From Glaucostegus cemiculus (Eukaryota), in the NCBI GenBank assembly GCA_976551045.1, contig CDPCPM010000007.1, forward strand, positions 15,500,001 to 15,564,000: a DNA stretch of 64,000 bases. The letters run 5' to 3'. Position 1 is the first letter of the stretch. Each line of letters begins with the position of its first letter. The translations under genes were made by a program, and so were the position numbers. Under the pieces are notes generated by a model. That model saw nothing but the letters and a program-made list of their open reading frames with translations, made no database searches and was not told where the DNA came from. Shown one piece after another: positions 38,431-51,340 of the stretch.

Positions 38431-40219
38431 GTCACTATTGTAGAATCGTGCTGCTAATTCTTATTCTAACTCATTCAGTATGGAGATCTTTGATTTCTAT
38501 AAATGCTTTCATTGATCATCTATTATCTCAAGTCTCAACTTTTGGCGGAAAACTTAATTCAATAACTAACATATCAATATCAGATTCTTCTGTACAGAAA
38601 ACACAAAAGTAAGATTTGAATGTTTATTCATATTCAGACAGTCCAAACAGACACCAACCTTGGAAGCTATTACATTTTGGAACACTTATGTAATTATTTC
38701 TATTAGTTTTTCATCTGGCCAGTAGGCCAGATTACCAGTAAGTGTGTCTCCTTACCCCAATAGTAAAACATTTCTCATTTGGTTCAATCGTTTATCATTG
38801 AAGTTGTGCTTTCATTTGTTAACTTACAGGTCCTTTAACACATCACTTAGGAAACTGTTCAGGAGAGTGGATATCTAGAGGACATAATTGGGAAAAGAAC
38901 CAGATTATCTTGTAGGAGGTTGTCATGAACTGCTTGAAAAAGGGTGGAAACAAATTCAAAATGAATTACTTAAAAAGGAAAGAAACTTGTAGAGCTATGG
39001 ATAAAGAGTAGGAGAGTGAAACTAATTGGTTAGCATAACCAAAAAGGTCTGTTGACCAAATGAACTCTTTGTACTCTGTCTGATTCTGTGGTCCTATTTT
39101 GAAGCTGAACAGTAACATTTTCCTCATTTGACTGACTTTGTTGTGAACACTGCAGCAATGAACAACGATGGTTAAAGGATGACCCATTTATGCAGAGAAA
39201 AGTAAATAAGGATTTAGGTTGATTTCTTTGTTCCTCTCCCACCTGAATTCCCACCCATAATACAATGAGGTGAAGTAGCAATATTGTGAGGAGAAATTTT
39301 GTCTATTAGAGAAAACATGGGAATCCCATTGTTGCAATTCTTCACTAAAAATATTGTCCTTCATTCAGTTTGACTAACGTGTCATGCATCTGGCAAAAGT
39401 TGAATGGATATCTTGATAACAATCAGCATCTATTTTTTCTGCACTATTTATGTTACAATAAACAAGAGCTGTAATTTTATCTTTGTCATTATTGCACAGG
39501 ACCAAGTTGCTGCCTGTGAAAGTTAGTGTTCCCCTCAGGACACCCCAGTGATTCCAGTTTAAGCTACCTTCTTAATATCTTACAGAAATCAGATTTCCCT
39601 GTTATATTTTGAAGTTAATATCAATGTATTCTTAGTGCATCTACCCTTCCAATCAACTTGGAGCAGAAGGGCAAAATAAGCCTGTCATACAATGTAATGG
39701 ATTGCAATGGCTGGCTCGAAAGATGTAACCAAGGACTCTATCCAAACAAACTTGTTTCTTTTATGAACTTGGACAATGGAAGATGCTGGCGATCAATTAC
39801 GTAAGCATCTGAAAAAAGAAACAACAGGACAATATTTTGGGTAAAAAACCTTGGGTCAGAAACATTTATCTGCTTTTGCCCTCACAAGATGCAATTTCTG
39901 ATTCTTGTGCAATTATGGCATTTATGTTTTTATTCCCAGAATTTACAGTTTATCGCCTCAGCTAATTCACTGTCAGTATAATCCAGGTTACAATTTTCCT
40001 GCATCTATCTTGTATTTTGTATTAACACTTTTCATTTCCAAAATACATTTTGATGTCCAATTTAATAATGGTAACTGTGCCACTCTGGTGATTAGGTTCC
40101 CACCATGTTCAGAAAGCAGTTTCTTAATTTCAGTGTATTGAGTCGTTCCTAAACATCAGTGAAACTTCTACATCTCCTAGAGAAGAATTATCTGATATTC
40201 TTTTGCGAATATTCTCATG

Positions 40220-40907
40220 ACTATGATGGGGTATATATTCCAAAGGATTCTGAAGCATTAAAGTGGGTGAGCATGTTTATTGCAAAGTTTCCATATTCCC
40301 CTTGTCCAGTCCTACCTTTACTGTTTATAGATTAGACTCTTCAGTTGTTCTTAATCGCATATTTATTCATTGTGACGAGTTTTATTCTCATGAATATTCG
40401 AAACTAGAAAATGTATACTGTTGAGGGAACATGCTAAATAAGATATATTTGAAGGAGAGGAAACTACATAATAAATATTAAAGTCTAATTATTATGACCA
40501 AGAACAAAAGGATGTTTATGCAATTTTAATAACTACTTCCATCAATGCCTATGGAGATTATGGAATTCTTGAATTCAGCATATTTGTATGGTCATACCTA
40601 AGCAGATCCTAGGTTTGGTAGAAATCCCACAATTCAGTTTAAGAAAGACCCACCTTGTTAATTAAGTATAATTTGAACGAATAAGCTCAATGATATAAAT
40701 AGCCTTTATCATAAGGCTCATATTGGCAGAAACTATGATGGAACCTACATTCTAAAGGATTCTGAAGGATTAAAGTGGGTGAGCAGGTTTCTTGCACTGT
40801 TTCCCATATTCCCCTCGCCCAATCCTATCTTTACTGCTTATAGATTAGACTCTTCAGTTGTTCTTAATCACATCACTTATTCATTCATTGTGAAGAGCTT
40901 TATTCTT
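40220..40907 (+). repeat. About 170-bp direct duplication (40220-40388 and 40731-40907)
   Basis: Shared AAAGGATTCTGAAG...TTAAAGTGGGTGAGCA...TATAGATTAGACTCTTCAGTTGTTCTTAATC with scattered mismatches. Confidence 0.92.
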
Positions 40908-41569
40908 TGTGGGCTTTGTCCATTCAGAGCTATTGACTTAGTCAATCTACTTGTGTGAGTTTTCTAAATGTTATGTCCGTTATTCGGCTTCTGATGATTA
41001 TAGCTGGGAGCAATAGTATTTGTCTAAAAACTGAGGCAATCATGATTCTGATACATGGTTTGAAATCAATTAGATCAGCAGCCAGTACTGGATACTGGAA
41101 ATCCAAGGTGCAAATAGTGTAGAATACCACTTCTAAATGGTAGTTTATTGTTTAGATTTTTGTGTTTTTAAATACACATTGGTAAATACTAATATATTTA
41201 AGTACAATTTTTGTTTGAAAATGTTATTTATCATTTTGAGGGTATGATTGAAGGAAATAAAATCAATTTAAGGGAACAACCTAAAGTGCTTTGTCAGATC
41301 ATTGTCTATGCTTTCAAAATGAGACTGCATTGAGCCTCTTCACAGTAATTGTTCTGGCAGCATGACTCTCAGCAAGGTTGGACAAACACAGCATGAGCAG
41401 GTAAAAAGACAGAATTTTAGCACTCCTTTACTGTTCAGATGCAATGCTGAAAGAAGTTGAATGCAATAGAAGAGTATGTTTATGGACTGGTGTTAAGTTG
41501 GTTCGTAAATGGAGAGTGGAACTCACGATTGTACAGTGGATCAAAACTCGAGCTCCCATTGTGGTTCAA

Positions 41570-42570
41570 CAGAATCACAGAAGGAGTCCAGTTGACCCAT
41601 TGTGCCCATGCTGTCCAAACACAGTGCTCCAGAGGTTGCTCTTGGTCTGTAGACAGTCATCCAGATACTCTCTGAATGTGATGACAGTTTTTGCTTCCAC
41701 CACTCTTTGTGGCAGTGTTCCTGACCCCCACTACTAATTGGATGAAAATATTTTCAATCCCCTTCTAATCCTTTTAAAAATTAACTTGGTTCTAAATCTA
41801 GTTACTGACCTCACTGCCAAGGGAAATGGGTCCTTCCAGTTCACACAAAATTTTATAAACCGCCATTAAATCTCTATTTAATGTCATTTGTTTCAAAGAA
41901 GACTATCCAAGTCTAACCAATTCCTCCTCACTGCTATAATTCCTTGCCATTTGTCAGCATTCTTATAAACCTCCTTCATACCATCTCTAGTGGTATCTCA
42001 TCCTCTAAACTGTGGTGAGTCAACTGAACTCATGTCGTGCTTAACTGTTATTGTATATAGGCAGGCACGGTGGTGTAGCGGTTAGTATAACGCTTTACAG
42101 AGCCAGTGACCCAGGTTCAATTCCAGCCACTGTCTGTAAGGCACTTGTACATTCTCCCTGTGTCTGCAAGGGTTTCCTCTGGGTGCTCTGGTTTCCTCCC
42201 ACATTCCAAAGGACATACAGGTTAGGAAGTTGTGGGCATGCTATGTTGGCACCAGAAGCATGGCAACACTTGTGGGATGCTCCCAGACACTACGCAAAAT
42301 ATGCATTTCACTGCGTGTTTCAATGTACATGTGACTAATAAAGAAATCTATCTATCTATTGGTTATGCTCTCTACGTTCTTATATATTTATTTACCTCAG
42401 CCAAGAAGGGCAAGTATCCCATGTGTTTTCTGATCACCTTATCCATCTTTCTCCCACTTTCTGGGATCCATGGACATGCATTCCGAGATCCCTCTGTTCT
42501 TCTACACTTTGTGGTATTCTGTCTTTGTAGTATTCCTTACCTTGTTTGCTATCCTATGAAGCATTAGTTC
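41570..42570 (-). mobile_element. Old CR1 3' fragment with nested SINE (42063-42360)
   Basis: CR1-like 3' end at 41570-41620 and degenerate CR1 C-terminal blocks on both sides of the SINE. Confidence 0.65.
42063..42360 (+). mobile_element. tRNA-derived V-SINE, type B tail
   Basis: GGCACGGTGGTGTAGCGGTTAG head; V-domain; TTTCACTGCGTGTTTCAATGTACATGTGACTAATAAAG followed by (ATCT)n. Confidence 0.9.
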
Positions 42571-43698
42571 CTACTTCTCTAGTTTGGATTCCACATGGGG
42601 TCCCCTTGAGGCAGTAGCATGGATGGTGAAAGGCTGTTGATGTGCTGTGGAGGAAGCTGCGGACGGTGTTGCAGGATGTCTGTGGACAACTGTGGGCTCG
42701 AGGCCTGAGTTCAGACTCAGTGGTCTAATCATGAGCAGTGGCATTCAGGGCTGATTAGCTAACATACAACAACAATGGTATTGGCAGAAAGGCCTGCAAA
42801 TATCACCATTGCAAGGGAGGAGTATAGGTCCATGTTTAGTCCCTGATCCCCCTTAGGCACCACAATGGTGAAATGCCAAACTCGTCAAGATGTATCAGTC
42901 TTGCTGGTTCCTTACTCCAGAACATATGGGGTGCAGTACTCAGAATTTCAGTATCTGCAATCTGCAGGGAGGATCTACAGAGACTGTGTTTCAGTAAGGA
43001 AGCTGTCAGCTACCATAACCCAATGTACAGTCCTTCTCCACCTCAGATGTTAGTGTGCCAGTGGCTATTAAAGTTTCATCTGCTCTTAAGGTTATACCTG
43101 CATGTCTTACCAGGCCAAAGCTAAGGATATCATTAATAAAGGCTGTTTCCTATTGGATATGACAACTCACAGATGTATTGTTTGCTGTAGTAAGCAATTC
43201 CATTCACTTCCCCAAGTCCAGATAGCAACAGTTTAACCCACTGAGAGAGTCTGGAAGGCACAGGGCTGCACAGGTTGCACTAATGTGGTAGTAAAGGCTC
43301 CTTCAATCAATACCATCACTTTCACCAACAGGAAAGGATTCTAATCTCTTGATGTGCAGCTCATTTACAAACAGTAGTACTGCATCATGCAAATGATTGC
43401 TTGCTTCCTTGGGAATTTCCATTGTGCATTCAGTTTAAGATAGTACAGTATGTCAAGAGCCTTTGCGCTAAAAGTAAATTCTTGGGTGATACCCGGGAAA
43501 TCCAATCCATCATTGGTGCCACAGCTGAAAATGTCTCTGTAACACTTTAATTCCCTGGTTTTACATTAAATAGATTTTTTTTTCAATTGCTGTGTAGTTT
43601 CTTGAAGCTGCTTAAGAAGAGCTGGTTAGACATTTGTAGAATAATTTAGTCAGAGTGTTCATGGTGGAGGCTTAAATTCTTCCATTGACTTGAAATAA

Positions 43699-44816
43699 GA
43701 ATCAGAATCAGAATCAGTTTTATTGTCACAACCATATACATACATAATATGCATAGGAGCGAGATACCGTCCTCCTCAGGTGCTCGTCCCATTAAATAAC
43801 AACCAACAGAGACACACAGACACACTTAACAGAATAGACATTAAAAAACATTGAACATTAAAAACTACGGAAGTTACAATTAAATTAATACACAGATTAA
43901 ATTAAAAATGGCTGGTAAATAAATAAATAGTTATTAAAGTGAACGGGCTGGTGGCGGGCATTTAAAGTGCTGGTGCATTTCTGTGCACCTAGCATCTCTT
44001 AGTGTTAACAAGGAAGATGGAGGGATGAGAGAGTTTGCAGTTCTGATGGCTTGCGGAAAGAAGCTATTGTTCAGCCTGGTCGTTCTTGCCCTGATACATT
44101 TAAGCCTCCTCCCTGATGGCAAAATTGTAAAGAGGTGATGGGAGGGGTGAGAAGGGTCGGCCATTATGCTTTTGGTCTTCCTCACACAACGGTCTTTGTA
44201 TATGTCTGCGAGGGATGGAAGCGAGACACCTATGATCCTCTCCACAGCCCTAACTATCCTCTGGAGGGACTTCCGCCCAGCAGCTGAGCAGCTTCCAAAC
44301 CAAACAGTGATACTTTGGGTTAGGATGCTCTCAATGGTCCCTCTATAGAAGGATTTCATGACGGAGGGATGGGAGTTCGCTTTCCTCAGTCTCCGCAGGA
44401 AGTAGAGGCGTTTCTGAGCTTTCTTCGTGAGGGCCGTAATGTTAGTGGACCAGGTCAGGTTGTCGGTGATGTGCACCCCCAGGAACTTGGTGCTGCGTAC
44501 TTGTTCCACAGCAGACCCGTTGATGGTCAGCGGGGCGTGCACACGGTGACTCCTCCTAAAATCCACTATCATCTCCTTGGTTTTATCCACATTCAAGGAG
44601 AGGTTGTGTCATAGCACCACACGGCTAGTTGTTTCACCTCCTCTCTGTAGTCCGACTCATCGTCACCCGTGACAAGACCCACCACTGTCGTATCATCGGC
44701 AAATTTGATAATGCGGTTGGAGCTGGATCTGGCCTCACAGTCGTGAGTCAACAAGGTGAACAGGAGCGGACTGAGCACACAACCCTGTGGGGAGCCAGTA
44801 CTCAGTGTGATGGTGC
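43699..44816 (-). mobile_element. Young 5'-truncated Rex1/Babar LINE (RT C-terminal half), one frameshift
   Basis: TGSPQGCVLSPLLF, KFADDTTVVGL, then NVDKTKEMIVDFRR, FLGVHI, AQKRLYFLRRL; apparent 1-bp deletion near 44605-44610; (TTCTGA)n tail at 43699-43717. Confidence 0.93.
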
Positions 44817-45354
44817 TTAAGTAAGTTAAGTTAAGGAGTAATGTCTCCTTAAGTAAGTTAGGATTGAAATTCCTTGAAGCCTCATCCCATATTTGGTATG
44901 ATTTCAGTTTTGCTGCAGATTCACCCACCAAATGTACAGCCAGATACTGGTGGAAGTCCTGCAAGCATTCCACCCCAGCAATACACAAGATGCTGGAGGA
45001 ACTCAGTGGGTCAGGCAGCATCTATGGAGGGAAATGGACAGTCCATGTTTTGGGCCAAGACCCTTCATCTAGACCTTCATCCAACCCACTGTATTTAAAT
45101 CACCTTGTAAGTGGAGAGTAAAGGGTCCTTTGATCTATCCTTATTTGATCTTTTTGACATTAATGTATCACAGCAGAAGCAATTGGAAATGTGCAGTCTT
45201 TAATGGCAATGAGGCCGTGTGACTTCTTTAAAACTCAGGAGAGTACAATCTGGTTCAAATGAATAGTCTTAATCTGAAATGTCGACTGTCCATTTCCCTA
45301 CACAGAAGCTGCCTGACTCGCTGAGTTCCTCCAGCAATTTGTTTTTTTCTCCTC

Positions 45355-46650
45355 CAGGGCTCTAAATACTTGGAGTAACACATCTCTACTCTTGTAACCA
45401 ATTTTTTTCAACAAAGGCCAACATACCATTTACCTTACTAGTTACTTACTGTACTGCATGTTAACTTTCAGTGATTACTTTCGCCCAGCTCCCTCTGCAC
45501 ACCAACACTTTTCAACTTCTCACCGTTTGAAAATTACTTTGCTTTTCTATTTTTTTACCAAAGTGGATGACTTTACATTTTTCAACATTCCATGCCCTGT
45601 CCTTACCCATTCTCTAAGCCTGTCCATATCTCTTTGAAGCCTTTCTGCATTCTCCTAACAATTCATACCCGTTTTGTATTGTCAGAAACCTTGTATATAT
45701 TACATATGGTTTCCTGATTCAAATTATTGATATGGATTGTGAACAGTTGGGGCACCTGAAAAGACTTCTGTAGCATCCTACTAGTTGTTGTCTCCCAACA
45801 CCAAAATAACCTACACTGTATTTTTTATCCATTAATCAATCCTCAATCCATACCAATTTATTATACCCAATAACAGACAGCCTAACTTTGTTTAATAACA
45901 TCTTATATGACATTATATCAAAGGCCTTCTGAAAATTCAAATATGCAACATTAGTTCATTCCCCTTTCTCTTTTCTGCTTGTTACAACCACAAATAATCC
46001 AACAGATTTGCTTAACATGATTTTCCCATCATAAATCCATGTTGACCCTGCTCATTCCTATTTCTATATTCCATGGTACCCCATTACCATTTCTTAATAA
46101 TATATTCCAGCACATTCTGTATTACTGGTGTCATGGTAAACGGTCAATTCTCCTTTCTTAATTAGTGGGGTTATATTCATTTCCTTTCAATCTGTGGGAA
46201 CATCGAGGACATCTTCAAGAGGCAGTGCCTCAAACAGGCAGTATCCATCATTAAGGACCCTCACCATCTGGAACATGCCCTCTTTACGTTACTACCATCA
46301 GGAGCCTGAAGACCCACACTCATCACTTCAGGAACTGCATCTTCCCCACTACCATCAGACTTCTGAATGGTCCATGAATCCATGAACACCACCTCATAAT
46401 TTCCCTTATACACTATTTATTTATTTTTGTAACTTATAGTAATTTTTATGTCTTTGTGTCTTGCACTATACTGCTGCTGCCAAACAACAAATTTCATGAC
46501 ATATGTCAATGATAATAAACCTGATTCTGAACTCTTATTCTGAAAATGACAACCAGTGTATCCATTATCTTCACAGCCGCCTCCTTCAAAACCCTAGGAT
46601 GCAGGGCAAGTCCTGGAGATTTATTGCCTTTCAGTCCCATTAATTCCCAA
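45355..46650 (-). mobile_element. Old CR1 RT fragment
   Basis: Degenerate FQKAFD-coding (ATCAAAGGCCTTCTGAAAAT on plus) and other CR1 RT blocks on both sides of the Rex1 insert. Confidence 0.7.
46202..46530 (+). mobile_element. Rex1/Babar 3' fragment inserted in an old CR1
   Basis: IEDIFKRQCLKQAVSIIKDPHH-coding start; GATAATAAACCTGATTCTGA tail; GAAC at both junctions (possible target-site duplication). Confidence 0.82.
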
Positions 46651-47249
46651 AATAATTTCTCCTGTTTCAGTCTGTAAGGGACTTCAACTCACCTTTTATT
46701 TTTTGCATATCTTTAGAATCTCTTATAATCTGAATTTGGTTTCTCACCAGCCTGCTCTCGTATTCAATCTTCCCTTGCCTCAGTCCTCTTGTGAAGAATT
46801 CTGAAATGTTCCCAACGCTCAGGCTCATTGCTAATAATTTAACCTCTTCTGAAACACAAGAGCAACATCACAGTAAAATCAAATATCATAGATTTAATGT
46901 AATCATAATAACCTGAAGTTTTACTCTAACTTACCATATTTTCACTAGAACTTGAATTAAAAAATGATCACTAAACCCAGATCATAAAATATAACTGGTA
47001 TGGGAGTGATATTGTTTTCCTGCAGATCCAAATGTAAACTAGGTGAGCTTAATCTGATTTGCTTCAAATGTATCTGAGGGAAAATTTGTGGGAAAACAGA
47101 CTGTGCCAAATATTAGGCTTGTTTCACTTGAATGCTTTTGAAATGTAGCCTATTTTGTACTGTTGTTTTTGGTTAGAATAATAATGACTCGGAGAAATAG
47201 AAACTGGAATATCTGTTTAATGAGTAACATGATATAGTCCCATCCCTTT

Positions 47250-49560
47250 TTCTGCAGTTTCCCTCTGCACATTCCCTTGTGTATCGGTATGATTTGCCTG
47301 CAAGCCTGGTGTTAATGCTGATTGCAGCAGCTGCTTACACATGGATTCACCATGGCAACCATGATAGTTGCTAGGCAACTATGTGCTTTTAGGGACAGTG
47401 AAAATGCCCAAAGGCTGAGTTACTATATGCAAGGGGAGAGGAAGTTCCGACTTTTTCAACGGATAATTTAAAGGATTCAGCACAAAGAACTGCTCTGTAA
47501 TCAATTAAGTGCCTTAAAATGGATTGACAATGGACAGCCAAAACATAGAAAATACATAACTAGTGGAGCTAGAATTGACTGTCTAATGTTGTTATCAGTG
47601 TGGGCTTTATTCCAAAAAAATTGAACTTTGACAGGTTGTGGAGCCTACAGCTGTACTAGGGTAGCTTTCTCTGACTGTCAGTGAGGCCCAGAGCTTTCCC
47701 AGCAGTGTGTTGCAGAGGTGAGAGATCAGGCGAGAATCAGCAGTGTGATATTGATTGGTGCTGCTGAACGAGAGCCTCAGCTTCATAATGTGTTGCTGCT
47801 CAGGCTGCATTGCAAAGTCTTCTGGAAACCCAGGCGGCTTGTGAGCGTGCTGTGGGACTAAACATTCCAGCAGTGAATGACATCATTGCAGTCAGCTCAG
47901 CTGTTTCTGCAAATTCCATAAATAGCTGCTGGAAGATGCAGGCTTCTTTCATGAAAAGTTCTTAACCCTTGTAACCCCAGGCCTAAGAATGTGGCAAACT
48001 CAGAATTACCCACTGTTGGTACGTGCTTTGAATTGTCTTAAAATTTATGTTTGCATTCAGAGTAATTCGCTTCAGCAAAGGATATCTGAGAACTTAGTGA
48101 ATAATGTAAGTGAAATTCAAACATTGGTGAATTGTTCAGAATTGACTGAGTTCCCATCTTTATTCAGATAAATTAATGGCTTCACAGCTTTTATGAATAT
48201 GAGACTGTGTGCAAATGAACTCCAAGGGTTGAGCTGTTTGTGTGGATTAATATTGGCAAATGCCTAAATACAGAGCGTGTTGGAATTTCTGGAAGTGTTC
48301 AAAACTTCAACTGCATGGTCTTGCAGGTGGCATCCATGTGTATGTGTGACAAGACAATGCCAAGAAATAACACAAACTGCCTGTAATGTTGAAGAGAGCA
48401 AGAGTATAAAGAGGATGAGAACATTCGACTAGTTAAGTGTTGGGAAGACATGAATTTGAGTTACATTAATATTACTGATGTTATGATGGCTATTAATACC
48501 AAGATCTCAAAATATTTTTGGATAGTGTAATATCTTATTTCTTATTTATTAATGTGGCAACATTTTGATTACAAAATGGCATGAACTTGTGATTGTTCTG
48601 TTTTCTGCTCCAAAGCCAAGATGAAGGCAAATAATTTGACCATAATGCAAAACCAAGGATTGGATATGGAAATTATTTTTTAAAATTGTTTTTAGCTGTG
48701 CATTACATTTGTATTAAGAAAGTGAGCTTTATAACCCTCATTTTAATTATGTCTTTCCTAGTGAAACGGTGCTGAACTGCAAACACTGAATCTCATGAAT
48801 AATTCAGGTTTAAACTGAATCACAAGTTAAGGGTTTTACCCGGCGTGCATTAGAGCGTGTGAGACTGTGATAAAGGGACACACTTACCAGCTAGCTGATA
48901 ACATTTTGGGTCACACCAATGAAGAGATTGTTTTGCATTAGAGAGTTTGGTGGTGCTCTGGGAAATATTACATTTCTAGCATTTTATAAAGAACAATAGG
49001 TTATAAGTCTGGAGAGGAAATGGATGCTTCACAAATGCTATTTTTGTGCTTATTGTGAAAATGTAAACAAACCACAAGAAGAGAATTCAATGAACAGGGA
49101 GGACTTGATTTCAGACGCATTAGAAGAAAGTCAGCCCACTCAGCTGCTCCATATTGGCTGCTGGCCAGGCTTGTCGTGTGCCATGCTTGTTTGTATACTG
49201 ATGTTGCTTAGATTGGCAAATGCCGCTGCACACTGGAGAGGCCGGCGTGTCACTGGATGGCTGCCAGGACATTGTAGGATCGATGCCATGACTGGCTCTG
49301 CAGCCTGGCAGTAACAACCAGCACAAAGGCATTCAACACTTTGAATGTCACTTTGTTTCCGAACGCAATGCCAGGAGTGTTTAATGAGAGAATTCTTTGT
49401 TGCAAGGCCCTCAACATTAAGTGGGCTGGTGGGCTCATTAACCTGACTGCAGCAAATAAAAATGCACACAAGAGACTCCCATGATACCGTGCTTAATGTT
49501 GTTAAAGCTCTCCGCTTGGTTGTATGGTGATCCATCAGTGAGCATTGAGGCAAAGTCTTA
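47250..49560. promoter_or_regulatory. Putative conserved non-coding/enhancer region
   Basis: About 2.3 kb without recognisable transposon fragments in an otherwise repeat-dense window; X-boxes, Sox-like ACAAAG/CTTTGT sites (49323-49400) and some retained CpGs. Conservation not tested. Confidence 0.35.
47346..47382. promoter_or_regulatory. Tandem RFX X-box motifs in a repeat-free block
   Basis: GTTGCTAGGCAAC (47367-47379) inside the inverted repeat ATAGTTGC-TAG-GCAACTAT, preceded by TTCACCATGGCAAC (47346-47359). Confidence 0.55.
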
Positions 49561-50751
49561 ACACAAACCAGCTTAGTATGTACAGATTACATGTTTATAT
49601 TATTTGCATATTGTATTAAAATACATCTCTTTCAGCACTAGGAGTGTTTGAACAGAAACTTAGCACATTGGACAAGAGTAACATTGGAGGTTGTATTAGC
49701 ATGTGGTATTTTATTTTCTTACATAGAGGTTGTTACTTTTGCACCATTGACTGCCACACTTTTGTAATGGTTACAGGGTTTGGTATATTCCACATGTAAA
49801 TCGTGACTGCATCCATTGTTATATAAAAAGCTAGAAGCCTATACATTTGATTAATTACATATCTACTAAGGCAGATCGAATTTTCTCCATTCTTTTGCAA
49901 GACTTCTATTGTATTTTACTAATAATAAATAATAACAAATCACAGTGAATCATTTCAAGGCTAGAATATACAGAACAATGCATTTAATACAATCTACAGA
50001 GCAATTCATTCAGTACCATCTACAGAGACTATTTTATTGCGGACAGAGCAGTAAACAGATCAGAGCACACAGCACTGCACAATGTTCAAAGTATGGGGAC
50101 TATTATGGTGAGGTAGCGTGCAGACAACATTACACTGAAGATGGAGTATGGAGAAAACAGCATTGAGGACAGTGTATGGAGGGCATTACACCGAGAACAG
50201 AGTCTGGTGAGCGTTTCACTGGGGGCAGATTATGGCAAACATTATACTGAGGGCAGATTATGGCAAACATTACACTGGGGGCAGATTATGGGTAACATTA
50301 TACAGGGGCAGATTACTGGAGAGGATTACCCTGAAGGCAGATTATGTAAAGCATTACACTGAAGGCAGATTATGGGGAACATTACACTGAGGACAGATTA
50401 TAGAGTAGATTACACTAAAGACAGATTGTGGGGTACATTACACTGAGGAAAGAGCATGGAGAGTGTTAGACTCTGGAGTATGGATTATACTGAGGATAGA
50501 GTGCAGAATGCATTAGACTAAGTTAGGACATGGAGACCATTACAGTGGACACGGAGTGCAGGCAGAGAGGACAAAGTGCGGAGAGCTTTACAATGAATAG
50601 AACGCAATGCCAGCAGTGTTTAATGAGAGAATTCTTTGTTGCAAGGCCCTCAACATTAAGTGGGTTGGTGGGCTCATTAACCTGACTACAGCAAATAAAA
50701 ATGCACACAAGAGACTCCCATGATACCGTGCTTAATATTGTTAAAGCTCTC
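49361..50751 (+). repeat. 152-bp direct duplication (49361-49512 and 50600-50751)
   Basis: Copies differ at 4 positions by eye. Confidence 0.95.
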
Positions 50752-51340
50752 TGCACTTGGTCATTAAAATATCTGGTAGGTACCAACAGGAGCATTATAC
50801 TGAGAGCGGAGTACACAGGGTATTACACTGTGGGGTATGGACAGCAGTACTCTGAGGGTTATAAACAGAGACAGTTATGCTGCGGGTAGAGAACTGTTAG
50901 TGTTACACTGAGTTAGAGCATGGTGAATGTTACATTGAAGGAAGGGAGATCATTACACTCAAAGCAGTTTGTGAAGATTATTTTAGTGAGGGCAGAGTAA
51001 GGGGTGAATTACATAGAGGATTGAGTACAGACAGCATTATGCTGAGGCAGGTAGCGTGAAGCATTACTCTGAGAGCAGAATAAAGGAAAGCAGAAGGTAT
51101 TACACAGAGTTAGAATATGGAGGGCATTACACTAAGTAAACTGAGAACATGGGGACCTCTACAATAAAGCAATGGAGAAGATTACACTGAGAGCACAGTA
51201 CAGAGAGCATCCCATTGAATCAGAGTACAAATAGCATTAGGCCTACAGCAGGTTGTGGAAAGGATAGCACCAAGGGCAGTACATGTAGATTATTAATAAA
51301 TGGAGAGAGAACAGAATGATCTCTCTCCATTCTGTTGAAT

